Below are positions 9,364 through 17,660 of a DNA stretch of 36,974 bases, in pieces. This DNA comes from a virus (Duplodnaviria; Caudoviricetes), in IMG/VR virus record IMGVR_UViG_3300030613_000020, positions 1-36,974 of that record; one strand, given 5' to 3'. Made by a program: the position numbers and the translations under genes. Every line of letters starts with the position of its first letter. Position 1 is the stretch's first letter. The notes below the pieces were generated by a model, which worked only from the letters and a program-made list of their open reading frames with translations, did not search any database and was not told where the DNA came from.

Positions 9364-9367
9364 TCAA
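8627..9367 (-). CDS. DNA (cytosine-5) methyltransferase, alpha-type subunit
   Basis: LFAGAGG (I), GFPCQPFS (IV), ENV (VI), HKRDR (VIII) and LGQGQVP (X-like); no motif IX. Confidence 0.92.
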   Translation of the reverse strand: MNELGLFAGAGGGLLASKWLLGWRTVCYVENDAYCVKVIKARIKDGFLDDAPIWDDARTFDGKPWRGAVDIISAGFPCQPFSVAGKRRADTDERNLWPDIIRIIREIKPRFCFLENVPGLLAKSHGYFGTILRELAESGYDARWRVLSAAEVGAPHKRDRLWIVANITDTRRTRELPELSDAKSRACSWWKSEPEMARVVHGMAHWLEQIRVLGQGQVPAVAALAWELLKSASPRAPGATGPAKSS

Positions 9368-9782
9368 TCATTTTCTCCATCAGCTTCTTGTGTTTGCATT
9401 CCCATCGCTCGCGCCAGTCGCGTTGCGTCTTTCCCGAGGCCCAGTCACGTGCCGCTCTTCTCGCTGTCGCTTCGGAATCTTTCAGCTGAAAGGTAAATGA
9501 ATTGCGACAATTATCTATTGCATCCTTCATGGCCGCGTCAAGGGTAGACCGATAGGATAGACCACTGAACCCGTTAGCAAAGAAAACGACTTCGCTTTTG
9601 CCCCAGGTGAAAAATAGTCGTTCCTTCGGTGTCACAAAAGATATATCGCCAACCCCGTGACTTCCAGCATGACGTGAACCAAAGAACCCGAAGCGAGCAA
9701 TCTGCGCATTGAGGAAATCGCGCTCCTCGTTAGCTGCCCGTGCATAGTTGCGACGCTTGCTGCGCTTGCGCTTTCCTTTCAT
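9360..9782 (-). CDS. Holliday junction resolvase-like PD-(D/E)XK nuclease (Hjc-like)
   Basis: NY...EER...GF...R.AGS...D...QLK pattern. Confidence 0.55.
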   Translation of the reverse strand: MKGKRKRSKRRNYARAANEERDFLNAQIARFGFFGSRHAGSHGVGDISFVTPKERLFFTWGKSEVVFFANGFSGLSYRSTLDAAMKDAIDNCRNSFTFQLKDSEATARRAARDWASGKTQRDWRERWECKHKKLMEKMIE

Positions 9783-10114
9783 ATCACCTTCACCCATTTC
9801 TTGCTTGCCTTCGGCTTCACGCCATTGACCTTATCGAGCAATGCACGGATAGCGACGACGGCTTCGGTGGCGGCTTTGGGGGTTCCGAAGTTCTGTCGAA
9901 GTGGTCTATCGTCCTCCGTTTTGGAAATCCCTCGCACATACAATGCCTTCTCAGCAAACGATAACTCAGGTTCATACACGCTCAGTAATCGCCAGTTCAT
10001 TGTTTTAGCAAGTTCGTCTTCCCCCCTCAGCCTCTCATCCATGTGCAATACGCGGCCCTTGAGTTCGGCCCCGCGCTGGTACAGCTCAATCACGACTTTG
10101 GGCTTTGGTTTCAT
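9779..10114 (-). CDS. Hypothetical protein
   Basis: ATGA overlaps on both sides; RBS GGAGG. Confidence 0.7.
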   Translation of the reverse strand: MKPKPKVVIELYQRGAELKGRVLHMDERLRGEDELAKTMNWRLLSVYEPELSFAEKALYVRGISKTEDDRPLRQNFGTPKAATEAVVAIRALLDKVNGVKPKASKKWVKVI

Positions 10115-10572
10115 GGCGCCTCCTTTCTGGAAACGAGCGATGCTGCCTCGACACCAGAAATCAGACCCGTCTCTGGCGTGCAGACAAAACTAGGGGCCCA
10201 ACCCTCTTTGATCATAGTTAGCCATTGATCATAAGTAGCCGTTGCCCGTCCTCCGGCACTTACTTCATTATCAACCAACCATCGCGCCAATTGTTCTGGT
10301 GTGGGAAAAGCAGGAGAAAGCGGCGTGCCTTCTGAACAGATTTCGTACATCATCAAATGCGTTGCTTCTTCTGCTGACCATTCGGGCATATAGTCCTTTT
10401 TGTCTGGAGCATCGCCAAAATAATCAAGGGCCGATTGAAGCCCCTCGGCTATCGCCTTCGACAGGAAGTCTTCGGCTTGCTTGGAATAGCCGTTGAGTAA
10501 GGACAAGTAATGCCCCGTATGGTCTTTCGGATGTTCCCAGTTCTCTGGTACTTTTCTAACTTCTCTTCCCAT
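10111..10572 (-). CDS. Conserved phage hypothetical protein
   Basis: MGREVRKVP.NWEHP and YE..SEGTP.SP.F..PE.LA.WL, a pattern I recognise from phage ORFs. Confidence 0.75.
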   Translation of the reverse strand: MGREVRKVPENWEHPKDHTGHYLSLLNGYSKQAEDFLSKAIAEGLQSALDYFGDAPDKKDYMPEWSAEEATHLMMYEICSEGTPLSPAFPTPEQLARWLVDNEVSAGGRATATYDQWLTMIKEGWAPSFVCTPETGLISGVEAASLVSRKEAP

Positions 10573-10765
10573 CTTTTTTCTCCTTTGCAGTACAGCCCTC
10601 CCCCTCATACCACTTGCACGTCTGCCGCTTGGGTGCGAGAAGGACACAACGGGTTCCCACCTCTAACCGATTAGGACAGGTACACGCAGTACTTCGACTG
10701 AAGGTGGCATACCATTTTGTGATCCTTCGCCATTTGCACGGTTTACGTTTCATCGAGTACCTCAA
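10556..10765 (-). CDS. Cys-rich small protein
   Basis: Operon packing; start uncertain. Confidence 0.45.
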   Translation of the reverse strand: MRYSMKRKPCKWRRITKWYATFSRSTACTCPNRLEVGTRCVLLAPKRQTCKWYEGEGCTAKEKKDGKRS

Positions 10766-10934
10766 TTTTCACGCGCACGGGATGACAATGCCGGAGATTC
10801 TCACGTCTCGTTTCCAGCAATAGCTTTTTGGTTCGTCTCATCGGTTCCGCGTAGCACAGGTAATCATGCAGCATCCACGCCCACGCATAGACGGGCTTAG
10901 GTTTTCTTGCCATCGCCATATAAATCCTTTCCAC
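10743..10934 (-). CDS. Hypothetical protein
   Basis: Operon packing; start uncertain. Confidence 0.5.
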   Translation of the reverse strand: MERIYMAMARKPKPVYAWAWMLHDYLCYAEPMRRTKKLLLETRRENLRHCHPVRVKIEVLDET

Positions 10935-11049
10935 AAAACGGGCAATAGTTAATCATGATTGCCTCTCCACTACCGATCTGAAGTGCCCAACCATCGCCAG
11001 GTTTCATCCAGATATATTTATCTCCACTCATGCAACAGTTAGGTTTCAT
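10897..11049 (-). CDS. Small Zn-ribbon-like protein
   Basis: MKPNCC...INYCPFCGKDL. Confidence 0.65.
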   Translation of the reverse strand: MKPNCCMSGDKYIWMKPGDGWALQIGSGEAIMINYCPFCGKDLYGDGKKT

Positions 11050-11629
11050 CGCCTTCCCCTTGTGCCAGTTGCCAAAGCGCATGGCAGAACTTGGCTTCAA
11101 TGGGTGGTTTCCGCGCACCTGACTTTGCTTCGCACTTTCTGAAATGCGGACAGCCGGCACCTCGTTGAAACCAACCCATACAGTAGGTCAAGAGTATCTC
11201 CGCCGCCTTTTCGCTGGTCAACAACCCGCGCAGCCTGGGGTTGTCACGCGAGACCATATCTTCGCTCGTCGGCACCTCTGGTCCCTTGACGCGACCTTGC
11301 TCTGGCGCTGGCTGTGGAAAGGCGTCTTCGTAGGGCAAAGATACATCGGTTTGCGTGGGGCTGCCAGCTTCGATGCGGTCAGCGAAGGCGCGCATCTTTG
11401 CAGCGGTCTCACCGTCACGGCATCGAAACTGCATGATTTCTGCATACTGCCGGATTCGCCCCGCAATCTCGGTTGTGGTCAGCGCGGGGACACCCTCGAC
11501 CTTTTCCGTTTCGACGAATCCTACTGTCGGTTTTCCCCACTTAGGTTGCCATCGAGTTACGTAGACACCAACATAGGTCAGCACATCGCGGTCTTTCGGA
11601 TTTTCAATCAGTTTCCATTCCATAGACAT
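11039..11629 (-). CDS. Hypothetical protein
   Basis: RBS GAGGAGG; overlaps neighbours. Confidence 0.65.
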   Translation of the reverse strand: MSMEWKLIENPKDRDVLTYVGVYVTRWQPKWGKPTVGFVETEKVEGVPALTTTEIAGRIRQYAEIMQFRCRDGETAAKMRAFADRIEAGSPTQTDVSLPYEDAFPQPAPEQGRVKGPEVPTSEDMVSRDNPRLRGLLTSEKAAEILLTYCMGWFQRGAGCPHFRKCEAKSGARKPPIEAKFCHALWQLAQGEGDET

Positions 11630-11790
11630 CTTTTCCTCCTCTCAGAGCAAATTGGTGGTTCGATTTTTTCACTCCAATAGAGACACCAGAATCTATGTGG
11701 TATGCTGATCCAACCAAACCCGCGCCCGAATCGAATTGCAAATCTGAAAACTGGCCGAGGATGAACTGTATGATAATATTTGATTTTCAT
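11608..11790 (-). CDS. Hypothetical protein
   Basis: RBS AAGGAG. Confidence 0.5.
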   Translation of the reverse strand: MKIKYYHTVHPRPVFRFAIRFGRGFGWISIPHRFWCLYWSEKIEPPICSERRKRCLWNGN

Positions 11791-11860
11791 TTTCTCCTTC
11801 CTTTCGGCAACTTCTCAAGCGCCGCCACCAACTTGCGCCGTGCGGCTGCGGCTTGGCGGA

Positions 11861-12070
11861 CTACTTACTATTGGTGACACTCGTGCCACCCCCAAAAAGA
11901 AATCGACCAAGTAAAGAAAGCCCCAATGCCTGCCAAAATCCAATATGGGGCAGATTGAACAGTGTGGGACATAGCCAATTCCAGAGCCACATCACGGGCA
12001 ACGTGAAAATCAATGCGAAGAAAACGCCAACAGCGACTATGCCTAAACCGGCCATCAATACTCTCATCAC
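11861..12070 (-). CDS. Small membrane protein
   Basis: Hydrophobic; MWLWNWL.P.LF.LP.I.FWQA.G motif; RBS AAGGAG. Confidence 0.75.
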   Translation of the reverse strand: MMRVLMAGLGIVAVGVFFALIFTLPVMWLWNWLCPTLFNLPHIGFWQALGLSLLGRFLFGGGTSVTNSK

Positions 12071-12115
12071 AATCTCCTTCCTTTCGGCAGTGCGTCTATC
12101 GCCGCCACATGAAAG

Positions 12116-12343
12116 TCAAATCGAGCATCGCTTCTCCTTCTGCGCACGCTCAATCGCCTTGAGACGGCGGGCTTCTTCCAAATCAGTTATCAATTTGATG
12201 AATTGAGTCATTACAAAGTTGTGCGGGTTAATCGCACATTGAATCTCAAAATCTGATATTATTCGATTGATTCTGAGTCCATAGCGCTCGACCGTAATTC
12301 GTATATCTGCGCTGCTCATGGCGCTAGGCTTCTTTGCTTTCAC
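12116..12343 (-). CDS. Hypothetical protein
   Basis: GTGA coupling to the upstream gene. Confidence 0.55.
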   Translation of the reverse strand: MKAKKPSAMSSADIRITVERYGLRINRIISDFEIQCAINPHNFVMTQFIKLITDLEEARRLKAIERAQKEKRCSI

Positions 12344-12528
12344 GGCTTCTCCTTTGCACGGCGGGCTTCACCTAGAATGATGTACATGGCAGAACTCTGA
12401 CAGTGAACGTCCATTTGTTCAAGCCCATCAGCCCAACAGATACCACCGCATAGTCTACGGTCACGGCAAACGTCTCTATCCCTAAGCCGTCTCAGCGCAG
12501 CCCCCAACTCACTGTCAGTTATTCGCAT
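12340..12528 (-). CDS. Cys-containing hypothetical protein
   Basis: RBS GGAGG. Confidence 0.55.
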   Translation of the reverse strand: MRITDSELGAALRRLRDRDVCRDRRLCGGICWADGLEQMDVHCQSSAMYIILGEARRAKEKP

Positions 12529-12537
12529 GGGGCCTCC

Positions 12538-13521
12538 CTAGGTTAACACGACCGGTCTTTCACTCGTCCCATTCCTGAAGTTCAGCGCCTTTTCTATAGT
12601 GTCGCATTCGGGGGGAACCCCCTCGACGTGGTACACGCCGATGCTAGGATTCAGCATCTTGAGATAGGGCCTTTTGTGATTATCACCAATATCCAACATA
12701 AGCAGTTCATAATCACCGTCCCTAGACACACATTGCGCCGCGAGTTCTCTACACAACCGTTCAACCCCAATCTTTCGCACTATCTCACGGCGCACCTCGG
12801 CGTTCTGCTCGGCCATTGCCTTGCGACAATCAATCTCGTTCCAGGGGGTCATCACAACCCACTCCGGAACACGCACGCCGTTGAGGGCATAGATAGAAAA
12901 CCCGTCGGGATAGCCAATTGCGGGACCAGTCTCACAATGAATCCGTGCGTCACGCAGCTTGCAAACATCGTGGCGTTCCGAGCAGATACACAAGCCCTCG
13001 AGCGGAATACTCCAACCGCAAGATTTCGCCAACCGCCACAGTCCACCTAGGCCCGCAGTTTCGTCCTCAAGGCCAAGCTCGCTGCGAAAATAATCGTAGA
13101 AACCTAACCATGCGGCATCGTGTTGCCCGTAGATGCTGTCCCCCACGCTGTCCCCCACGCTGTCCCCCACGCTGTCCCCCACGCTGGCCCACACGCTGGC
13201 CCCCACGCTGTCCCTCACGCTGTCCCACACGCTGTCCCACACGCTGGCCCCCACGCTGTCCCTCACGCTGTCCCACACGCTGTCCCACACGCTGGCCCCG
13301 CCTTGCCGCGAGACGGCATAAAGCAACCCATTCCCCAGCGGTGATCCCGTCCATATAAACTGCGGTTCCTTGAGTTTTGCCTGCGCATACATCCAGCGTA
13401 TAGCCTCTTCAGCGCATAGTCTGTTGGCTGGTTCCGTGCACAAGCCACGGGCCAGCCATTTTTCCCGATAGACAGGCAATTGTGCTTCCTGCTCTGCCGT
13501 GAGCTGCTCAATCCGCGACAC
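12538..13521 (-). CDS. DUF6745-like protein with SV[WRG][DA] tetrapeptide repeats
   Basis: GQHDAAWLGFYDYF, H.ETGPAI.YPDGF.IY..NGV and NAEVRR motifs; likely GTG start at 13521. Confidence 0.8.
   Translation of the reverse strand: MSRIEQLTAEQEAQLPVYREKWLARGLCTEPANRLCAEEAIRWMYAQAKLKEPQFIWTGSPLGNGLLYAVSRQGGASVWDSVWDSVRDSVGASVWDSVWDSVRDSVGASVWASVGDSVGDSVGDSVGDSIYGQHDAAWLGFYDYFRSELGLEDETAGLGGLWRLAKSCGWSIPLEGLCICSERHDVCKLRDARIHCETGPAIGYPDGFSIYALNGVRVPEWVVMTPWNEIDCRKAMAEQNAEVRREIVRKIGVERLCRELAAQCVSRDGDYELLMLDIGDNHKRPYLKMLNPSIGVYHVEGVPPECDTIEKALNFRNGTSERPVVLT
13135..13299. repeat. 12-bp tandem repeat, 13 full units plus a partial unit (coding)
   Basis: GCTG[T/G]CCC[C/A/T]CAC units, including a higher-order 48-bp duplication. 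Confidence 0.97.
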
Positions 13522-13807
13522 GACGCGCCTCTTCCGCGAAGTGGTCATATTCGCGTACCCTGTCGATAACATAGTCGCCTACGGGCACCGTTACGGCCCT
13601 GTGCTCTTGGTGCGTTACTGTCGCAACCCCCGACAGCACGCGGAGATAAAATGTGCCGTTACGCTCAAACAGTTCCACGTCACCCTCTGTAATTGTGTGG
13701 TGATGCCCAGTCGCTTCACCACGAGCGAGCGTTTTGTCCCTGCATGCCCTAGCATCTAGGGGAATCTGTGCAGACCGGATCAGAACATCTCCTTGTTGAA
13801 TAAGCAT
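13508..13807 (-). CDS. His-motif partner of the DUF6745-like protein
   Basis: QQGDVL, LARGEATGHHH, HQEH and REYD motifs; RBS GAGGAGG. Confidence 0.8.
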   Translation of the reverse strand: MLIQQGDVLIRSAQIPLDARACRDKTLARGEATGHHHTITEGDVELFERNGTFYLRVLSGVATVTHQEHRAVTVPVGDYVIDRVREYDHFAEEARRVAD

Positions 13808-13817
13808 CGCATCCTCC

Positions 13818-14222
13818 TCATTTCAGCGAAACAATCTTTGCGCACTCATCGTCGATACATACGAACCAAGTCCCAGCAGCGGGCGCCTGACAAGCAATTA
13901 GGGTTGTGATGTTGTCTTTGCCATCTTTCGGGTTAAGTTTCAATTCCACTCCTTTCTGCCATATCAACCGCCCGCCGATTGTAAACAGACTTATCTTGAT
14001 ATCTTGTACAGTATCGCCATTAAAATCCGAGGAGCCAGAACGACGGCACAACCCTCGAAATCGCCTAGCGCAGTCCACCAAGGACACTCCTCTCTGTTCT
14101 GCGGGCAACGGCTGGCCGTTATTCCGCGCATCAAGGGACAGAGAACCTCGTTCTTCGCCTTCTTTTTCATCTTTTACCTCCATGTAAAACCAGCCGTCCA
14201 CCGTTGGGTTCGGCCAGACCAC
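13818..14222 (-). CDS. Stand-alone T9SS-CTD/FlgD-like C-terminal domain with an insertion
   Basis: VWPNP...IKISLFTIGGRLI...AAGTWFV...KIVSLK resembles the PNP...IYD..GR.V...G.Y.V...K consensus. Confidence 0.55.
   Translation of the reverse strand: MVWPNPTVDGWFYMEVKDEKEGEERGSLSLDARNNGQPLPAEQRGVSLVDCARRFRGLCRRSGSSDFNGDTVQDIKISLFTIGGRLIWQKGVELKLNPKDGKDNITTLIACQAPAAGTWFVCIDDECAKIVSLK
13991..14170 (-). CDS. Nested 59-aa Cys-rich protein in another frame
   Basis: RBS GGAGGT; MKKKAKNEVLCPLMRGITASRCPQNREECPWWTALGDFEGCAVVLAPRILMAILYKISR. Confidence 0.65.
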   Translation of the reverse strand: MKKKAKNEVLCPLMRGITASRCPQNREECPWWTALGDFEGCAVVLAPRILMAILYKISR

Positions 14223-14653
14223 TATTTCAAATCGTAAATCCTCGACGGGGGGATTATGTCGCTGACCACCTTAACAGCGATATTGGACAACCCCGACCAG
14301 TTGGGCACCTCGTCAGCCGTGCGTATGAGCCAGTAATACGTCCCTGGCACTACATCGCCCGTCCAGCTTTGCGTTGTGCCAGCAACTAGCGGTATGGGCT
14401 CCCCCGTGACTTGTGTTGCTGACGACCACCACGAAGCTGTATCGCCTAGCGCCGGGGCCGTTGTCTTGTAGCGCAAATCATACTGGCTTGCCGTGCCAAA
14501 TAGAGAATCGTCCCCGACACTTGTCCAAGTCAGAGTGATCGGCGCGGCCTCAGCGTGGATAGAAAGGCAAGGGCTCGAAACGAATAGAATCCACAGGAGC
14601 AAAACGAGGCCCAAACGGTGAATTTTCAAAGGGCATCTGAATCGCATCATCAA
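14222..14653 (-). CDS. Secreted fibronectin type III-like protein
   Basis: Signal peptide ending AEA; TLTWTSVGDD..GTASQYDLRY...YY..IRTADEVPNWSGLSN. Confidence 0.8.
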   Translation of the reverse strand: MMMRFRCPLKIHRLGLVLLLWILFVSSPCLSIHAEAAPITLTWTSVGDDSLFGTASQYDLRYKTTAPALGDTASWWSSATQVTGEPIPLVAGTTQSWTGDVVPGTYYWLIRTADEVPNWSGLSNIAVKVVSDIIPPSRIYDLK

Positions 14654-14915
14654 ACTCCTTTAACTCCCGGAAATGACCAAGAATGAAAAAGCAGGTTTGC
14701 TCTTGTGTGAATTTGCCGGCCTGTAGACCTTGCAGACACCGATTGAGAAACTCAATGTCTCTTTGCAATTCGGCTTCGCTTACCTCGCATCGCGTTCGCT
14801 CTGGTGCAATCCACCAACGTATTATCGGCTGGACTAATTCACGGCCATATTGTGGTGCAGCCTCACTGGCCGCTGCTATCAGAATCAGAGCCAGAAGGAT
14901 TAGGAGGAGTTTCAT
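14550..14915 (-). CDS. Secreted hypothetical protein
   Basis: MKLLLILLALILIAAASEA signal peptide; RBS GAGGT. Confidence 0.7.
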   Translation of the reverse strand: MKLLLILLALILIAAASEAAPQYGRELVQPIIRWWIAPERTRCEVSEAELQRDIEFLNRCLQGLQAGKFTQEQTCFFILGHFRELKEFDDAIQMPFENSPFGPRFAPVDSIRFEPLPFYPR

Positions 14916-15117
14916 TTATCACCTCTTTGTTAAGTTTGCGCATCATGTGTATCGCTGCTATCCCCGCCCGTCCAGCGATGTGGCTCATATAGCGCACCAT
15001 TTCAATCAATATGAATTCGCAGGATTCGCAAATATCAAGACCTTCAGAACCAAACGGATAAAGGGGCAGACTTTTTACCTCACCATGTGCTGCACAAATT
15101 CCACATCTACCTATCAT
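14863..15117 (-). CDS. Small CxxC-CxxC protein
   Basis: RBS AAGGAG; two CxxC motifs. Confidence 0.6.
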   Translation of the reverse strand: MIGRCGICAAHGEVKSLPLYPFGSEGLDICESCEFILIEMVRYMSHIAGRAGIAAIHMMRKLNKEVINETPPNPSGSDSDSSGQ

Positions 15118-15133
15118 CTCATCTCCTTCTTGC

Positions 15134-15214
15134 GGCCCGCCCGCCGTATTGCTTCTCGGACAGAAGCGTTACTAGACCAGCGGGCGAGCCAACCGTGGGC
15201 CTAATCTTCGGCCC
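15134..15214 (-). other. Intergenic RNA stem-loops
   Basis: 13-bp stem GGCUCGCCCGCUG/CGGCGGGCGGGCC (2 G-U pairs) enclosing GCUUCU/AGAAGC, plus a GGGCC/GGCCC hairpin. Confidence 0.6.
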
Positions 15215-15223
15215 GTGGGTTTC

Positions 15224-15871
15224 CTATTCCTTCACCGCCTCGACGCCAGGGATGGATAGTTTATCCTTCTGCTCCCGTGCTAGTCGATTCAGTGTAGGCA
15301 TGTTCGGCATTATCAGTTCAATGGCGTCTGGAGGGGCGATGTCCAGAACCCAACGATAGAAGGCTCGTTCATTCACGACCTCTGCGTGCCACTTGTCCCC
15401 GAACGTCCGCATGTCGAGTTTTACTGTTGACTCGATCTTCTCTGGTTCCTTCGTAGCAACTTCGAGCACGGCATTGGCAGCTTCGACATCTCCCTTCTCT
15501 TCGAGTTCTGCGGCAGCCGCAAGTCGTTCGTCCTCCCGGCGCTTTCTTTCTTCGACGGCCTTCCGTTCCTCCTGTGCCTTCCACGCTCTCACGTTTTTGA
15601 CCAACGCGGCATCAAGTGCCTCCAACTTACCCCTCTGTGCCTTGATGAGTCCGAGCCATCCCTGATATGCCTTGTAGGCCGCCTCACGGAATGGGTCCAG
15701 CTTGGCATCGATAAGTGCGAGCTGCATCCTCACAGCTTTACGGATTTCCTCAGCTTTGAGCACATCATCGGCGGTCTTGATATCTGGAATACCAGCCGCA
15801 GAAAGAAACTTCACAATCGCCGCGTCCACTTCCTGCACAACCGGCAGGTTTTTCAATTCATCACCCATCAC
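15224..15871 (-). CDS. Coiled-coil protein of the recombination module
   Basis: Long charged helix, C-terminal IPGV motif, adjacent to the exonuclease gene. Confidence 0.7.
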   Translation of the reverse strand: MMGDELKNLPVVQEVDAAIVKFLSAAGIPDIKTADDVLKAEEIRKAVRMQLALIDAKLDPFREAAYKAYQGWLGLIKAQRGKLEALDAALVKNVRAWKAQEERKAVEERKRREDERLAAAAELEEKGDVEAANAVLEVATKEPEKIESTVKLDMRTFGDKWHAEVVNERAFYRWVLDIAPPDAIELIMPNMPTLNRLAREQKDKLSIPGVEAVKE

Positions 15872-16794
15872 TAATCTCCTAACGGCAGAATCCGTGTCTG
15901 CCAGTAACGGCTTGGTTTGATCTCGAGCCCTTTCTTGTCAATCCACTTTCCTACGATCCGGTAAAGCGGCGTGAGCACCTCGGGCTTTTCCTTGACGAGT
16001 TCCTTGATAGCAGCATGAGCCGCCTCGTACTCGGCGGCGAATGGTTTGCACCTTGCGTACACGGCCAGGAGTTTCTCAAGTTCGTCTCCCCCGATTTCTG
16101 CGACTCGATTCGCCACGTCCGGTAAACAGAGGTGCACAAATGAGCACTCATCACATTGCTCGGGGTCGTAGGACATCCGGTCGGGAAGCGTCCCAGCCGC
16201 GATATGCTCGTTGATCCGTACTGCCTGCTTTGTCGCTCGATCACCAAGGTCTATATCAATCGGCATGGGGATGAATTTGAGCTCACCCGTTCCTTTATTC
16301 TTCAGAATGAACAATCCTTCCTCAACATTGTCCATCCAGAGATAAAGATTCAATTGAACGGGGGCCTTGCGGATATAATGGGGCTGATTCTCTGCAAGGA
16401 AATCCGCGATGGAATTCAGTTTCGCCCACGTGTGCGACGCATATCCTTTGATCTCGAATGGTATCTTGCGATCAGGTTCAACAATCTTCCCATCTACGTG
16501 TCCCGTGATCTCGAATTCCTTCCATTGATAGGGCCGTTGCTGCTCGATAATCTGAAAACCGCTCTCACGCAGAAGTGTGATCGTCGCATCCTCGTGGAGA
16601 CGCCCCTCCCGGAAGATTGACTCAAGAGTCTCAGAGTGCATCGCGGCTTCCTGCCACCGTGTGCGCCAGTAGACAATGAGCCGATTACAATCCCCCCCGA
16701 GCATTGAGGCGCGGTTTGATTTGCAGGGGTAAATTTGCATCTGCCCCCGCACATATTCCCGCACTTTTTCCTGGAACGCCTTCGCGTCTATCAT
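15871..16794 (-). CDS. Cas4-like PD-(D/E)XK exonuclease
   Basis: C.R..., G..HE, GHVDG, EIK, QLNLY and CxxCxxxxxC (Fe-S staple pattern). Confidence 0.85.
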   Translation of the reverse strand: MIDAKAFQEKVREYVRGQMQIYPCKSNRASMLGGDCNRLIVYWRTRWQEAAMHSETLESIFREGRLHEDATITLLRESGFQIIEQQRPYQWKEFEITGHVDGKIVEPDRKIPFEIKGYASHTWAKLNSIADFLAENQPHYIRKAPVQLNLYLWMDNVEEGLFILKNKGTGELKFIPMPIDIDLGDRATKQAVRINEHIAAGTLPDRMSYDPEQCDECSFVHLCLPDVANRVAEIGGDELEKLLAVYARCKPFAAEYEAAHAAIKELVKEKPEVLTPLYRIVGKWIDKKGLEIKPSRYWQTRILPLGD

Positions 16795-17618
16795 ACCCAC
16801 CCCCAATGATTCAACTCCTTACCGTCAGGCATGGTCTTGGTGCAACCCTTTGGGCATTCATAAAATAGTCGACCGGCGTTGGCTTGACTGGTTGAGGTTT
16901 TTGTGATGAGTTCCTCCTTGCATTTTGGGCAATCTTTCTTCGGGGGTCCGGCATTCTCACCTACTGGTATGGCGGATTCTGACGGCGACGTTGCAGGAGC
17001 CGCCTGCCCATTAGCCGGGCCCTTGGCTTTCTCTTCCGGTGCTTTGTTCTCCTTGCGCTTCTTATATTCAACCGCGCAAATCTTCTCCTTCTTCAATCCC
17101 GCCGCTTCGAGTTGTTCCCATGTGAGTCCACGGAGGCCGATGCTCCTGGTCACGGCATTTACGATGAAGTTGGAGAGCGCCGATTTCATCACGTCGGGTT
17201 CGTCGACCTCTTCCATCGGAAGAAGAACGCCGCCGCGCATACAGAAAAACTTGTCATTGCTTGCCCTGGTCCCCATGACTTCGATTTCTACGCCCCCGAG
17301 GAGACGACACCGAGTCCGACCCTTGATCTGGATGAAATAATAATCACCTCGGTCATGCTTCGTGAGTTCTAGGCCGTACCAATCCACCCCGAATGGTGTC
17401 TTGACTTTTTCGCAACCCGTGGCTTCTAGGTACGGCTTCCCATTCTGATTCGACCAATCTCCTTCGACCGTAAGCCTGAGTGCAATACCCACAAGTTTCT
17501 GATAATTCGCAACTGCGCGCTCAAGTTCGGCGAGCGTTGCGTTATCGAGGAGCCGCATTGGAAGATCCTTCCTAGGCTCCTCGGGAATCGCTACCGCGTA
17601 TTCTTCTGGTTCTGCCAT
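16791..17618 (-). CDS. Putative ssDNA-annealing protein with a C-terminal GRF-like zinc finger
   Basis: KPYL...G.EK and K.A...AV motifs, next to the exonuclease; C-terminal CPKC...NAGRLFYEC...C...W. Confidence 0.65.
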   Translation of the reverse strand: MAEPEEYAVAIPEEPRKDLPMRLLDNATLAELERAVANYQKLVGIALRLTVEGDWSNQNGKPYLEATGCEKVKTPFGVDWYGLELTKHDRGDYYFIQIKGRTRCRLLGGVEIEVMGTRASNDKFFCMRGGVLLPMEEVDEPDVMKSALSNFIVNAVTRSIGLRGLTWEQLEAAGLKKEKICAVEYKKRKENKAPEEKAKGPANGQAAPATSPSESAIPVGENAGPPKKDCPKCKEELITKTSTSQANAGRLFYECPKGCTKTMPDGKELNHWGWV

Positions 17619-17660
17619 GTTTTCCTCTTGACAGTCTCGGGGCTGTCCGCTAATAGTGAA

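Noticed and set aside
13135-13299. CRISPR array or glycosylation-sequon array
   Set aside because: Contiguous 12-bp coding units with no spacers. The DSV repeats are in a protein with no signal peptide, so they were left out of the sequon comparison.
15871-16794. CRISPR-Cas system
   Set aside because: Solo Cas4-like nuclease beside an annealing protein, typical of phage recombination modules; no cas1/cas2 or array.
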